A stretch of DNA of 63,096 nucleotides, filler included, from Octopus bimaculoides (GCF_001194135.2; 4 parts of 4 records of this genome joined end to end with filler, not necessarily neighbours in it); one strand, 5' to 3'. Positions 1-10,428 are shown, numbered from the whole stretch's first letter. The notes: a model not told the origin generated them from the sequence alone. Numbers and translations: made by a program.

Positions 1-272
1 TATAGTGGTTATTACCTGAAATAGAAAAAAAAATGTCATTTAATGAACTTTATAGAAATACAATGTTTTTTTATGCATCTTCATGTGTTTGCTTTTTATT
101 AACCTTTGATATCGAGGAACTCTTTCTACCACACCCCTAATATACATACATACACATATATATCTTTTGTAGTTTTTTTAACTCGTTATTGTCTTCCATG
201 CCTAATTATGTTAACGAGTTCAGTTGCAGACTAATCAACCGAATTGTTCTAGAATGTTTTCTTCTCTTACAG

Positions 273-351
273 ATTGGCGGCAACGACCAACTTGGTAATA
301 TAGTTGCCGGTTATGAATTTATTCGTCAAACGACTAACGAGAAAGTGTTTG
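273..351 (+). CDS. YARS2: Mitochondrial tyrosyl-tRNA synthetase, internal exon A (IGGNDQLGNIVAGYEFIRQTTNEKVF-G); upstream exons lie outside the window
   Basis: Acceptor cttctcttacag|, donor g|gtgagt. Peptide matches the TyrRS QIGGSDQ(L/W)GN motif. The phase-1 end joins exon B in frame. Confidence 0.95.
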
Positions 352-469
352 GTGAGTTGTTGTTGTCACACACTTTTTGTTGTTTTTGTTGTAATTATGA
401 AGCAACAAACTTGTAGAGTCGTTAAAGCTCGTCAGACAAACTGTTTGACGATGTTTCTTCCAGTTTTTT

Positions 470-600
470 TACATTCTGAGTTCAAATCCTGCCAAGGTTA
501 ACTTTGCCTGTCATCTCTTCGAGGTCAATAAAATAAAGTACCTGTCACATGGGAGTCGATGCAGTTGACTTACCCCCTCCCCTCAAAATAGATGCCTTTA
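470..600 (+). mobile_element. Degenerate tRNA-derived SINE, family B
   Basis: ttctgagttcaaatcc (B box) plus ctttgcctgtcatctcttcgaggtcaataaaataaagtacc, homologous to about 10 other copies in the window. Confidence 0.75.
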
Positions 601-709
601 AACCCTGCAACAGCCTGGCGTCCCATTCAGGAGAAGGAGGAGTGTTGAGATTTTGATTACTCATGTGTCTTGGGTCCTAGGGCTTGAGAATAAAAAACTA
701 AAAGTTGCT

Positions 710-835
710 GTGATGGCATGTGGCTAAGTGCTTATGATATTCAGCTTGCAATTATAAGGTTGTGAGTTCAATTCCCAGCAGTGCATTGTGTCCTCGAATA
801 AGGCCCTTCATTCCGGTTGCCCAAGCCCACTCATT
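710..835 (+). mobile_element. tRNA-headed SINE with CORE-like segment
   Basis: A box tggctaagtg, B box gagttcaattcc, then gtgtcctcgaataaggccctt, which resembles the CORE domain. Confidence 0.6.
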
Positions 836-947
836 TTTGCCAACTGATTTGGTTCAGTCAAGCCAACTCAACTAATTCTCTCCCCTGCTAAACGTGAGTA
901 TTCATGCTGCTCTTTCCCATACCCCTGCCTTCTCCCATACACTAACC

Positions 948-1400
948 TCTCCTCCTCCTCCTTGTTTAACGTCCGCTTTCTGTGCTGGCATGGGTTGGAT
1001 GGTTTCACTGAGGACTGGTGAGGCAGAAGGCTGCACTAAGCTCCAATCTGATCTGGCAAGGTTTCTACAGCTGGATGCCTTTCCTAATGCCAGCCACTCT
1101 GAGAGTGTAGTGGTTGCTTTTTATGTGCCACTGACATGAGGGCCAGTCAGGCGGCACTGGTATCAGCCATGCTCAAAAGGTGTTTTTTATGTGCCACCTG
1201 CATGGGAGCCAGTTTGATGGCACTGGCAACGACCACGCTCGAATGTTGTTTTTCATGTGCCAGTAATGCGACACTGGCAACGATCACACTTGAATGGTAT
1301 TTTTTGCGTGCCACTGGCACAGGAGTCAATCAGCATCCCTGGCAACGATCATGCTCGGATGATGCTTTTAATGTTCCACTGACTTATAAACCTTTAATAT
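948..1400 (-). mobile_element. Family A repeat (probable RTE-LINE 3' UTR or derived SINE) with internal ~45-bp tandem units
   Basis: Homologous to copies at 3905, 6680, 8635 and 9808. Internal gtgccactggcac... units are repeated about 4 times. Confidence 0.8.
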
Positions 1401-1498
1401 ACTCGTTAATATCTTATGCTTGCAAAATGAAATATTGTATCCTTGCTAGTCATTAATTAATATATATATATGTCTTGGTATAAAATATTTATTGCAAG

Positions 1499-1608
1499 GT
1501 CTCACCATACCACTGCTAACCTCAACCACTGGAGATAAACTGGGAAAATCTGCTGGAAACACAGTTTGGTTGAATGCTGATAAAACCTCACCCTTTGATC
1601 TTTATCAG
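1499..1608 (+). CDS. YARS2: YARS2 exon B ([37 protein letters not shown]) with the KMSKS-equivalent KLGKS loop
   Basis: Missed by the ORF track. Acceptor attgcaag|gt, donor cag|gtaagc, 110 nt. [20 protein letters not shown] is characteristic of mitochondrial TyrRS. Confidence 0.95.
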
Positions 1609-1827
1609 GTAAGCCATACATTTTGTTAATGTTGTTGTTATTGTAATATCGTTGTTGTTAACTAATGCTGATCCCGTGATGTTTATTACATAAAGATGAC
1701 ATATTATAAATTATGTTGAATAATGTCAATCATATTTTATCAAGTAAAATTATGTGACATTAGTAGAGGGATTTATGTTTTGTTATTTTGTTGTTTAATA
1801 TTACATTATGTTTTGTTTATTTTTCAG

Positions 1828-1926
1828 TATTTTTTAAACCAACCTGATGCAGATGTTGAAAGATTGTTAAAACTTTACACATTTCTCAGTAATGAACATA
1901 TTGAAAACATCATGAAGGAACAACGA
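1828..1926 (+). CDS. YARS2: YARS2 exon C (YFLNQPDADVERLLKLYTFLSNEHIENIMKEQR)
   Basis: Acceptor ttttcag|, donor cga|gtgagt, 99 nt, phase 0-0. Matches TyrRS FF.RQPD..VE.YLKLFTFL. Confidence 0.95.
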
Positions 1927-2074
1927 GTGAGTGTTGTTATCTCTGTTTATGTATTTCTGTTGTTGTTTAACCCTTGGTTACCTTCCGATCAAGCAGACCT
2001 ATGATCAGAAATGCTCAAGCCACAATTTAAAGCAATAAAGGTATAATTTGAAGGACACTTGACTACTATTCGTA

Positions 2075-2248
2075 ATCCTAGTACTTATTCTATAGCGGTC
2101 TCTTTTGCCAAATCGCTATGATTTGAGGACATAAACACACCAACATCAGTTGTCAAGTGATGGTGGCGGGGACAAACACAGACACAAAGACACACACACA
2201 TAAATATATATACATATATATATACACGACGGGCTTCTTTCAGTTTCC
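2075..2248 (-). mobile_element. SINE family C fragment, interrupted by a family B SINE
   Basis: cctagtacttattc...ttgtcaag...gggacaaacacagacac...cgacgggcttctttcagtttcc is shared with the copies at 38930 and 53390. Confidence 0.8.
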
Positions 2249-2436
2249 TATTTCTTTATTGCCCACAAGGGGCTAAACATAGAGGAGACAAACAAGGACA
2301 GACAAAGGGATTAAGTCGATTACATCGACCCCAGTGCGTAACTGGTACTTAATTTATCGACCCCGAAAGGATGAAAGGCAAAGTCGACCTCGGCGGAATT
2401 TGAACTCAGAACGTAACAGCAGACGAAATACCGCTA
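2249..2436 (-). mobile_element. Young SINE family B copy with tail type 1, truncated by an N gap
   Basis: Near-identical to 7948-8177. B box gagttcaaattcc on the minus strand. Ends in ...gggcaataaagaaata. Confidence 0.85.
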
Positions 2437-3199
2437 NNNNNNNNNNNNNNNNNNNNNNNNNNNNNNNNNNNNNNNNNNNNNNNNNNNNNNNNNNNNNNNN
2501 NNNNNNNNNNNNNNNNNNNNNNNNNNNNNNNNNNNNNNNNNNNNNNNNNNNNNNNNNNNNNNNNNNNNNNNNNNNNNNNNNNNNNNNNNNNNNNNNNNNN
2601 NNNNNNNNNNNNNNNNNNNNNNNNNNNNNNNNNNNNNNNNNNNNNNNNNNNNNNNNNNNNNNNNNNNNNNNNNNNNNNNNNNNNNNNNNNNNNNNNNNNN
2701 NNNNNNNNNNNNNNNNNNNNNNNNNNNNNNNNNNNNNNNNNNNNNNNNNNNNNNNNNNNNNNNNNNNNNNNNNNNNNNNNNNNNNNNNNNNNNNNNNNNN
2801 NNNNNNNNNNNNNNNNNNNNNNNNNNNNNNNNNNNNNNNNNNNNNNNNNNNNNNNNNNNNNNNNNNNNNNNNNNNNNNNNNNNNNNNNNNNNNNNNNNNN
2901 NNNNNNNNNNNNNNNNNNNNNNNNNNNNNNNNNNNNNNNNNNNNNNNNNNNNNNNNNNNNNNNNNNNNNNNNNNNNNNNNNNNNNNNNNNNNNNNNNNNN
3001 NNNNNNNNNNNNNNNNNNNNNNNNNNNNNNNNNNNNNNNNNNNNNNNNNNNNNNNNNNNNNNNCATAAGAATCTACAGACTTTAGAGAGAACATGAAATA
3101 ATTCTTTTCTGGAACAGTGTATCTCGAAGCACCTAAAACTATAAATAATAGTTTACAAAAACTGGGATCCACTGTTGCAAAATAGGAAAATTTGAGCCC

Positions 3200-3555
3200 C
3201 AATCAATCAAACCTGTGCTGAGAGATATTCCAGCCATGGCTATCTTGTTTATTTAGAAATATCTAAGACTACATTATCTGTGGTTTAAGGGAGACCTAGC
3301 TATTATTTCTAGCAGGCCATGTGACCAATTAGAAATTCCTGTGTTAGCTTTTGTGCAGCAGTTGTTGCTGTTGGTTTGTTCCTGGCCAGTCTTGATTAAG
3401 CAGACACAGAGGTAATCTAACCATGGCCACCTCATCTGTTATGCTTTTCATTTATACATCTAATGTGTTCTTCCTTTTTTAAAGGCCATTGGGTATTATA
3501 TGAGGGACACTTGGTTGCTATTTCTAACAGATTGAGTCACCTTGTAGAGGCTCTG
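3200..3555. repeat. Two degenerate copies of interspersed repeat family D (also at 1962-2030 and 21985-22150)
   Basis: Shared motifs ttccagccatggc...acattatct...ttggctgctatttctagcagg among the copies. Confidence 0.55.
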
Positions 3556-3736
3556 TTGTTCAGTTGCTTCCTTGTGTGTGTGTGTTGTTAGTGATAGCAA
3601 TATGTAATGTAGTTATTGATTGTTTAATACACAGAAATATTTTTATAATTAATAAAATGTGATAAATGAAAAACGACAGCAATAAAACATTAATTAATTA
3701 ATAATTAATGTCTTGAAATATTTTGTTAATTCACAG

Positions 3737-3803
3737 GCCAAACCACATGAAAGAATTGGTCAGAGAACTCTTGCTGAACAAGTGCTCCTGTTGGTACACG
3801 ATG
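3737..3803 (+). CDS. YARS2: YARS2 exon D (AKPHERIGQRTLAEQVLLLVHD-E)
   Basis: Acceptor tcacag|. Donor g|gtgatt is weak, but it is the only GT giving phase 1 and the correct length. Matches P.R..Q..LAEQV..LVH. Confidence 0.88.
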
Positions 3804-3904
3804 GTGATTACCGTTCTTTACTTATTAAGTACATACGCGCATACACATGCATGCACACACACATACACCCCACATACATTCACTCACTTCTTCATCATTT
3901 TAAA

Positions 3905-4222
3905 GTCCACTTTTCCATGCTTGCTTGGGTCAGACAGATTTTCTATGGCCAGACGCCCTTCCTGTCATCAACCCTCACTTCTTTCCATGAAAGGTTACAT
4001 TTCCTTGTGGCCAGGCATGTTTTCATGGCATATTGGCAATGAAGGACACTGCTTGTATGGTGGTGACACTCATTTATGACTAACATATTTATGGACAGTT
4101 TGACCAGAGTTGGCAAGCTAGGGAGCTGCACCAGACACTGGCCTGATTTGGCATGGTTTCTACGGCTGGATGCCCTTCCTAATGCCAACCACTCCACAGA
4201 GTGTAATGGGTGCTTTTAAGTG
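3905..4222 (-). mobile_element. Family A repeat in the YARS2 intron between exons D and E
   Basis: ttttccatgc...gatgcccttcctaatgccaaccactccacagagtgtaatgggtgctttt is homologous to the other family A copies. Confidence 0.8.
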
Positions 4223-4299
4223 GCTTTTACCTTTTTTCTAGATTTCAAACATAGTTGAAAGTTGAATAGACATTTGTATTATATTTGGAATATTTGTAG

Positions 4300-4488
4300 A
4301 ATCTGGTTTAAAGACGGCCAAACGCTGGACAGAAGCCTTCTTCACCAATAACACAGACGTTCTTAGCAGACTCTCAGAATCTGAAATAACCGAACTCTTT
4401 CAAAATGCAGCCACTTGCCGCATGTTGTTGGAACCAGGAATGACCGTTCTGGAGACGTGTATGAAAGCCAACTGTTTTGACCGGGAAG
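4300..4488 (+). CDS. YARS2: YARS2 exon E (E-SGLKTAKRWTEAFFTNNTDVLSRLSESEITELFQNAATCRMLLEPGMTVLETCMKANCFDRE)
   Basis: Missed by the ORF track. Acceptor tttgtag|, donor g|gttagt, 189 nt, phase 1-1. GL..AKR.T and L.PG..VL..C.KAN match YARS2. Confidence 0.93.
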
Positions 4489-4496
4489 GTTAGTTG

Positions 4497-4810
4497 CTTT
4501 TTATCATCATCATCATTGTCATCATCATCATCGTCATTATTGTCATCATAGTTCTTGCAGTTGTCATCATCACCATTGATGTCATCGCTGTCATCATTAT
4601 GATCATCAGCACAACCACCCGGATCATTAGTGTCTGTGTCACTTCCTCCAGCCTCTTCATCGTCATTCCTAATTTCAATACTGTCATCACTGCAACTGCC
4701 AGCATCATCATCATCATTATCATAATCATCTTCACCACCAACACTACCACCGTATCATCATTACCACCACCACCACCACCACCACCATCACCACTGCTGC
4801 CACTGTTGCC
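4497..4810. repeat. Imperfect (CAT)n/(CAC)n microsatellite
   Basis: Directly visible; begins just after the exon E donor. Confidence 0.9.
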
Positions 4811-5559
4811 ATATTTTGGCAGCCTTGTGCTTTCTCAGTTGCCTTGACATTATCTTGCCACTGGCTATTTTAGATGAGAACAAGACAGTGTCTCACGTGT
4901 ATACAGCTCTTCTTCACTATTTAAAACCAAAATCTTCATTCTTGTCTTACCTCTCTCAGCTGCTTGGTCATCACCACCACCACCACCTTCCATCTCCACC
5001 AGTTTCTGTACATTTTCCATACCAGCTGCGTTACATGGGTTCTCATAATCTTTTTCTCATAGTCGGTTCTGAGTCTGTTTCATTTCTGCTTCCCTGGATG
5101 AGTCACAGGACTATTTCTCTCTCACGTATTTCATTTCTCACACGTTTCATGATTTCCTGTGGCTTGATGTGCTTTCTCTTGTTTAATCATTTTGCAACCT
5201 TTTTCTGGGTATTTTTTATTGAAATATGTAAACTGGTTTTATTGACTGAATTACTTTAAGGATGAAACGATTCGTGTGCTCGTACTTCAAGACAAAAATT
5301 TACACGAGTCTCGGCAAATTACTCGTAAAATGGGGCACTCATACTACGAGGTTCTACTGTAGATTGATAAAAGAAGTCTCTTGTCTAAAATTAAGAGTTG
5401 ATCTTAGAAATCACTATGCAAGAGTTACCTCCCTTGAAATATATGCTCTCCTTACAACTTCGCCCTCCTCCCTTTTATTTACTCAGCTTATTTCTCGACA
5501 ACATTCTTGATTATTTATGCTATATTTCCACTTGCAGATTGTGTGTGTGTGTGTGACCC

Positions 5560-5800
5560 GGACAGTTACCCAAGTAATATAGAAAGGTGTAATACCCAAT
5601 GACTGGTGTTGCAGTATAATTGTAAACTGCTATAAAAACAAAACGAGATGCCTTTGAGAGAGGCATCGAACTCCTAGTTCAGGCTCTCAAAGTCTTGGAG
5701 AGAGTCCTAGCACAATTACAGTTTGGCAGAAGTACCTCAGATGTAATCTTCCCAGTGAGGCGACTGTGGGAGAAATACGTGTCTGAGAGTAAACCATTAA
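5560..5800 (+). mobile_element. RTE-clade LINE reverse transcriptase remnant, frameshifted and internally deleted
   Basis: Translates as DWCCSIIVNCYKNK...KVLERVLAQL-QFGRSTSDVIFPVRRLWEKYVSESKPL, matching RT subdomains 1-3 (IIV..YK.KGD / KVLER / QFGF..GRST.DAIF..RQL.EKY....KPL). Confidence 0.8.
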
Positions 5801-6105
5801 CACCCAAATTTCTAGTGATCACTCCAAACACCATGATGTTGACTGAATGTTTGATTTTTATCACTCTCGGTACATGTCCTCAGATTGCCACCCAAACACT
5901 CTGAAATGTTTGTATTGGAGCTTCCAACATGAATGCCATGCAGAGCAGCATGTTGTTTCCAAATTTCTGGCAGAGTGAATTGTGTCATGGTGCTGTTTTT
6001 CTCACAGACAGTGCCCAGCTGACCCTACTATACTGTGTAGTCGAGAAAATCAAAAACAAACAATGAGTTTAAAATGGTGACAATTTACCCATCGCACCAT
6101 GTATG
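5800..6105 (-). mobile_element. Internally deleted Tc1/mariner-superfamily transposon remnant
   Basis: Minus strand has an N-terminal HTH-like MTQFTLPEIWKQH...SECLG fused to KHSVNIMVFGVIT (Tc1/maT-like K.P..VMVWG motif). Confidence 0.6.
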
Positions 6106-6679
6106 TATATATGTGTGTGTGTATATACACTCGTGTGTGTGTGTATTTACATATACACACACTCTGGATTTTATGTTTCCAGAAACATTACACTCAAACC
6201 ATTGATGGAAGGGTGGTAGGGTGGGGCTCCTCAGCTTATAAATGAATAAAATCTACAACTGCTCTGTTATACGATTGAAACAAATTCCTTGTGATTTCCT
6301 AAGCCGTCTCTCCACCACCACCACGACCATAGCACTTTTCCACAAGACACTCCTCCCCCCAGCCCCATCAGATTATAAACTAAAACAAAAGGAATTCAAC
6401 AACAGTTCCTTTATGTTTTTGCTTTAACACCCTTTCAGAATCAGTAATACGATCTAGCCATACATTGCAGAATGTCTCCTTATCATTCACAAATCTTTTA
6501 GGTCCCTAAAATAGTCATGACATATTGTCATGTGATCCCTATATATATACATACACACATATATATTATTGGTATCTGATCCCTATACAACTGATATATA
6601 TTATCTGGACTTTATGTAGGTTCTTGTACAACCTGTCGACCCCTATTTAATCTATAAATGTCCCTATCACAATCTTATG

Positions 6680-6950
6680 TATCATCATCCTCGTTTAACG
6701 TCCTCTTTCCATGCTGGCATGGGTTGGACGGTTTGACTGAGGACTGGCAAGCCAGAAGGCTGCACCAGGCTCCAATCTGATCTGGCAAAGCTTCTATAGC
6801 TGGATGCCCTTCTTAACACCAACCACTCTGAGAGTGTAGTGGGTGCTTTCACATGCCACCGGCACGAGGGCCAGTCAGGCATTTCTGATAACAACCACTC
6901 TCAAAAGGTGTTTTTATGTGCCACCTGCACGGAAGCCAGTCCAGTAGCTA
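6680..6950 (-). mobile_element. Family A repeat in the YARS2 intron between exons E and F
   Basis: atcatcatcctcgtttaacgtcc... is the reverse complement of the 3' part of 8635-9010, with high similarity over about 170 bp. Confidence 0.85.
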
Positions 6951-7262
6951 GTGATTGCTTCTATGGGGGCCCAACATTTGAAGATTGCACTTCACCACTC
7001 ATCCCATGCTTTCCTGGGTCTACCTCTTCTGCAGGTTCCCTCCACTGTTAGAGTGTGACACTTGTTCACACAGCAGTGCTCATCCACACACATCACATTC
7101 TTGATGCAAAATGGTTTTTCGAAACTGTTAGTTGTATATTGGGAGGGTCATACAGCCAACAAGAATACACACATTGGTTACGTTTTACTTCATTTTTGTT
7201 GCTAATGAATTAAGCAATTAATCACTTAATTAATTGAAAACTACTGTGTTTTCTTTCTACAG

Positions 7263-7388
7263 TAGACGCAGAACGCATCATCCGAGCTGGTGGTGTCCGA
7301 TTCAACCACCAGAGGGTTGCAGAACCAGATATGGTTTTACAGGAGGGTCAGCATATACTCTCAAATAAGTTATCCCTCATTCGTATTG
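7263..7388 (+). CDS. YARS2: YARS2 exon F, S4-like domain ([43 protein letters not shown])
   Basis: Acceptor ttctttctacag| with a tandem TAG 3 nt downstream, donor g|gtaagt, 126 nt. GGV..NH..V..P..VL..GQHIL.N.LSL..IG matches YARS2. Confidence 0.95.
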
Positions 7389-7947
7389 GTAAGTACTGCT
7401 ATATTTGCTACATTTTAGCTTCTCCTTTGTTTGTTCCCCCTCTTACAGGCATACATTCATACATTCACATTATAAACCCTGTTGTGATTGATGTTGCTTT
7501 TTAGTTTCTGAGGCTAATAAAATTCAAGAACCAGTCATGTACCGAGGCTGATTAAATCAATGTCACCTCTTCCCAAAATGTGTTGTACAACAGTCTTAGA
7601 AATTAGAGCTGACGATGACTAATGCAACTGTCATTGATTTTGGGTTCAGTTAGAAGGATGGCAGGCATTTGCTAACATTGGTATTCAAAAAATATTAAGG
7701 TTTATTGTTCAGAGGGTACAGAGCTTTTCATGGCTTGGCTTATCAAAAACAAAAATGATAATAAAATGATAACATAATACTAACAGGTACTTTTGGTGGT
7801 GCAAGCTTCAAGTATGAGAAGGGGAATGCAGCTGGAGGGCTATGGGTGAAGTGGGGCTCTGATTTAACCCGGGTCGTAGCCTCTTATCTGTGCACAAATG
7901 GGCTGTCTTCATTGGTTGCTTCTCTATCTACCCATTTACTTATATTT

Positions 7948-8177
7948 ATGTCTTTATTGCCCACAGCAGGGCTAAACACAGAGGGGACAAACAAGGACAG
8001 ACAAAAGGATTAAGTCGATTAGATCGACCCCAGTGCGCAACTGGTACTTAATTCAGTTGACCCCGAAAGGATGAAAGGCAAAGTTGACCTTGTCGGAATT
8101 TGAACTCAGAACATAACGGCAGACAAAATACCACTAAGCATTTCACCCGGCGCTCTAACGTTTCTGCCAGCTTGCAG
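7948..8177 (-). mobile_element. Full-length tRNA-derived SINE family B (tail type 1) with a 16-bp target site duplication
   Basis: TSD ccatttacttatattt at 7932-7947 and 8178-8193. tRNA-like head with B box gagttcaaattcc. Central cctttcatcctttcgggg...aagtaccag core, which from memory resembles the Nin/Deu SINE domain (unverified). Confidence 0.9.
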
Positions 8178-8634
8178 CCATTTACTTATATTTGTGTACG
8201 TTTTTGTGTGTGTGTGTAGATTAATATCCAGAAAAGCATAAATTTCACAGATATATCATAATTCAATTACTTTCAACGACTAATTAGGAATAAACCTAAT
8301 TACATCTATAGTTACATAATTAAAAATACATAATTAATTTAAATTTACTTTAAATCAATTGTATTAATTATGTACTTTTGAATTCAATTATACTTATTCA
8401 TAATGAAACAGCTGTTGAAAGTAATTAACTTATATATCTGTGAAATTTATGCTTTCCAGCATTTTATTGTAAATATGTGTTTCTCTTAAGGATTGTTTTA
8501 GCCAATAATGTGTCTCTCTGCAAACTTCCTTATCCGGATTTAATAAAATGCTATAATGTGCTGCACACTAAGAATTTATTGTTAATTGAGCTCTTATTTA
8601 TTGTATGTGTGTGTATATATATTGAACCAAATTC

Positions 8635-9010
8635 GATGACGGGCACCCATGCGAGTGGAGCGCTAACAGCACCATCCGAGCGGGGTCACTGCCAGAGCAG
8701 CTGTCTCGCTTCCGTGCCAGTGGCACGTAAAAAGCACCGTTTGAGTGTGATCGTTACCAGCGTCGCCTTACTGGCACTTGTGCCAGTGGCACATAAAAAA
8801 CACCATTTGAGCGTGGCCGTTGCCAGTACTGCCGGTGGCATGTAAAAGCACCCACTACACTCTCGGAGTGGCTGGCGTTAGGAAGGGCATCCAGCTATAG
8901 AAACTCTGCCAGATCAGATTGGAGCCTGGTGTAGCCATCTGGTTTGCCAGTCCTCAGTCAAATCGTCCAACCCATGCTAGCATGGAAAGCGGACATTAAA
9001 TGATGATGAT
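8635..9010 (+). mobile_element. Family A repeat in sense orientation with (TGA)n tail, YARS2 intron between exons F and G
   Basis: Ends ...catggaaagcggacattaaatgatgatgat; three internal ~45-bp units at 8715-8845. Confidence 0.85.
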
Positions 9011-9343
9011 GATATATACATATATACAAAATATGGAAATGTGTGTGTGAGTGAGTGAGTGTGTCTGTTCTGTGTGTGTATATTAGTTTTAATACGTTAA
9101 TTATACATATTGCATATTGTCTTTGCCCCTCCCCTTAATTTCATATAAACTATTTACACACCCCTACCCGCCTTGTAAACCTCCTCGTAATTCACATATA
9201 TTTATATATTCTACCTCAATGCCATAACCTAATCGTTGTGAACGATATGATGTCATGAGTGAAGTTTGTAGAAGTTAAGATAATGACTATTGAAAGTTCA
9301 TTAATTATAATTGTTAATGATTAATTATTGTTTAATATTTAAG

Positions 9344-9381
9344 GTAAAAAGAACCATTATATTGTGAAGTGGCTTCCATAA
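9344..9381 (+). CDS. YARS2: YARS2 last coding exon (G-KKNHYIVKWLP-stop)
   Basis: Acceptor tttaag|gt. GKKN.YI.KWL is the typical YARS2 C-terminus. TAA at 9379-9381. Confidence 0.92.
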
Positions 9382-9807
9382 ACCGTTTCACCTGGACGAC
9401 AGTTTATTCATGGCTACCAATGTGATTCTGAGACAACTGAAGGAGATCGGATAGAGGAATTGGTGAACAGCAATGATGGCACTAATTGAAGAAAGAACCA
9501 CCATTCTCTTCTCACTAATATCTATTCTTGATGATTATATTAACCAAATCTTTGAGAACATACATGAATTTTAGACGATTCCATGATGCCAAAGTGGACC
9601 TTGTACTAGCACCGGTCACCATATTTTTTTTTTTATCTATCATGATTGTTTTTGATTATTTCTTAATTTTGGATGTAATGTTGACACGATATCTTAATTG
9701 CTATTCTTCCCGACTATGCTTGGGCTGAGTATTGAACCTGAAACTTGTATTTTATGAACTGGGTTTGGATCTGAACTTGCATCATTGGTTCGTTTGTTTA
9801 AATTTTC

Positions 9808-9908
9808 ATTCTCTTCTATGCTAGTATGGCTTGGATGGGAATTGATGTTGAGGCAGGATTTTATGGTGGGATGCCTTTCCTGTCACCAATCCTCACCTGT
9901 ATCCAAGC
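9808..9908 (-). mobile_element. Degenerate family A-related fragment in the putative YARS2 3' UTR
   Basis: ttctatgctagtatggcttggatgg...ggatgcctttcctgtcaccaatcctcacctg resembles 3905-4000. Confidence 0.55.
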
Positions 9909-10428
9909 AATAGAGAGATCTGACTTGTACAGAAGATAGCAAATGAATGACATCACTTGTAATACAATTGACACTCATTTACATCCATCATATGATATCA
10001 AAACAAACAGACACACCCACCCACGCACACACATATTTATTTGAGGTTGAATTTTACTGCTGGATGCTCCCGCTGTTGCCAACTTTTACCTTTTACCAGA
10101 ACATAAAAGGTTTCTTGTGATCTGCAGGTCATTGAAAGTGCAGGGCAGCTAGGAACATCACCTGAAGACTGTTGGAAAGAATTTACTGATTGAAAAATTG
10201 TCAGCAATGTATCTAATGACATGGAAAATAATTCAGAGGTGGAACTTCAAAAATGGTCTCTGTTTCTTATGAACTGCTGAATGTCTCTTTGATTACATAA
10301 GATGTTCCAGTGGCCGATTTCTTCTTTTCACTGACCAGTGTTTGTACCGAATATTAGATTGAGACAAATCACCAACAGAATCAAGAAACTTTGTATATCT
10401 CGAAAAAGAATATGATTAAAAAATAATT

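Noticed and set aside
189-416. ORF-track starts and ends for the YARS2-containing ORFs (189-416, 1723-2004, 3713-4042)
   Set aside because: Only the internal segments bounded by AG/GT are exonic; the flanking residues are translated intron.
2334-3202. ORFs of 200-520 aa spanning N runs (also 18.4-19.3, 24.3, 25.5, 32.2-33.6 and 60.2-61.7 kb)
   Set aside because: Their length comes from X residues in assembly gaps. Only the Tx1 part of 60178-61746 is real coding-derived sequence.
8635-8850. Regularly spaced ~45-bp repeats (also 1120-1330) that superficially resemble a CRISPR array
   Set aside because: The units are adjacent degenerate tandem copies without unique spacers, lie inside a eukaryotic retro-repeat, and there are no cas genes.
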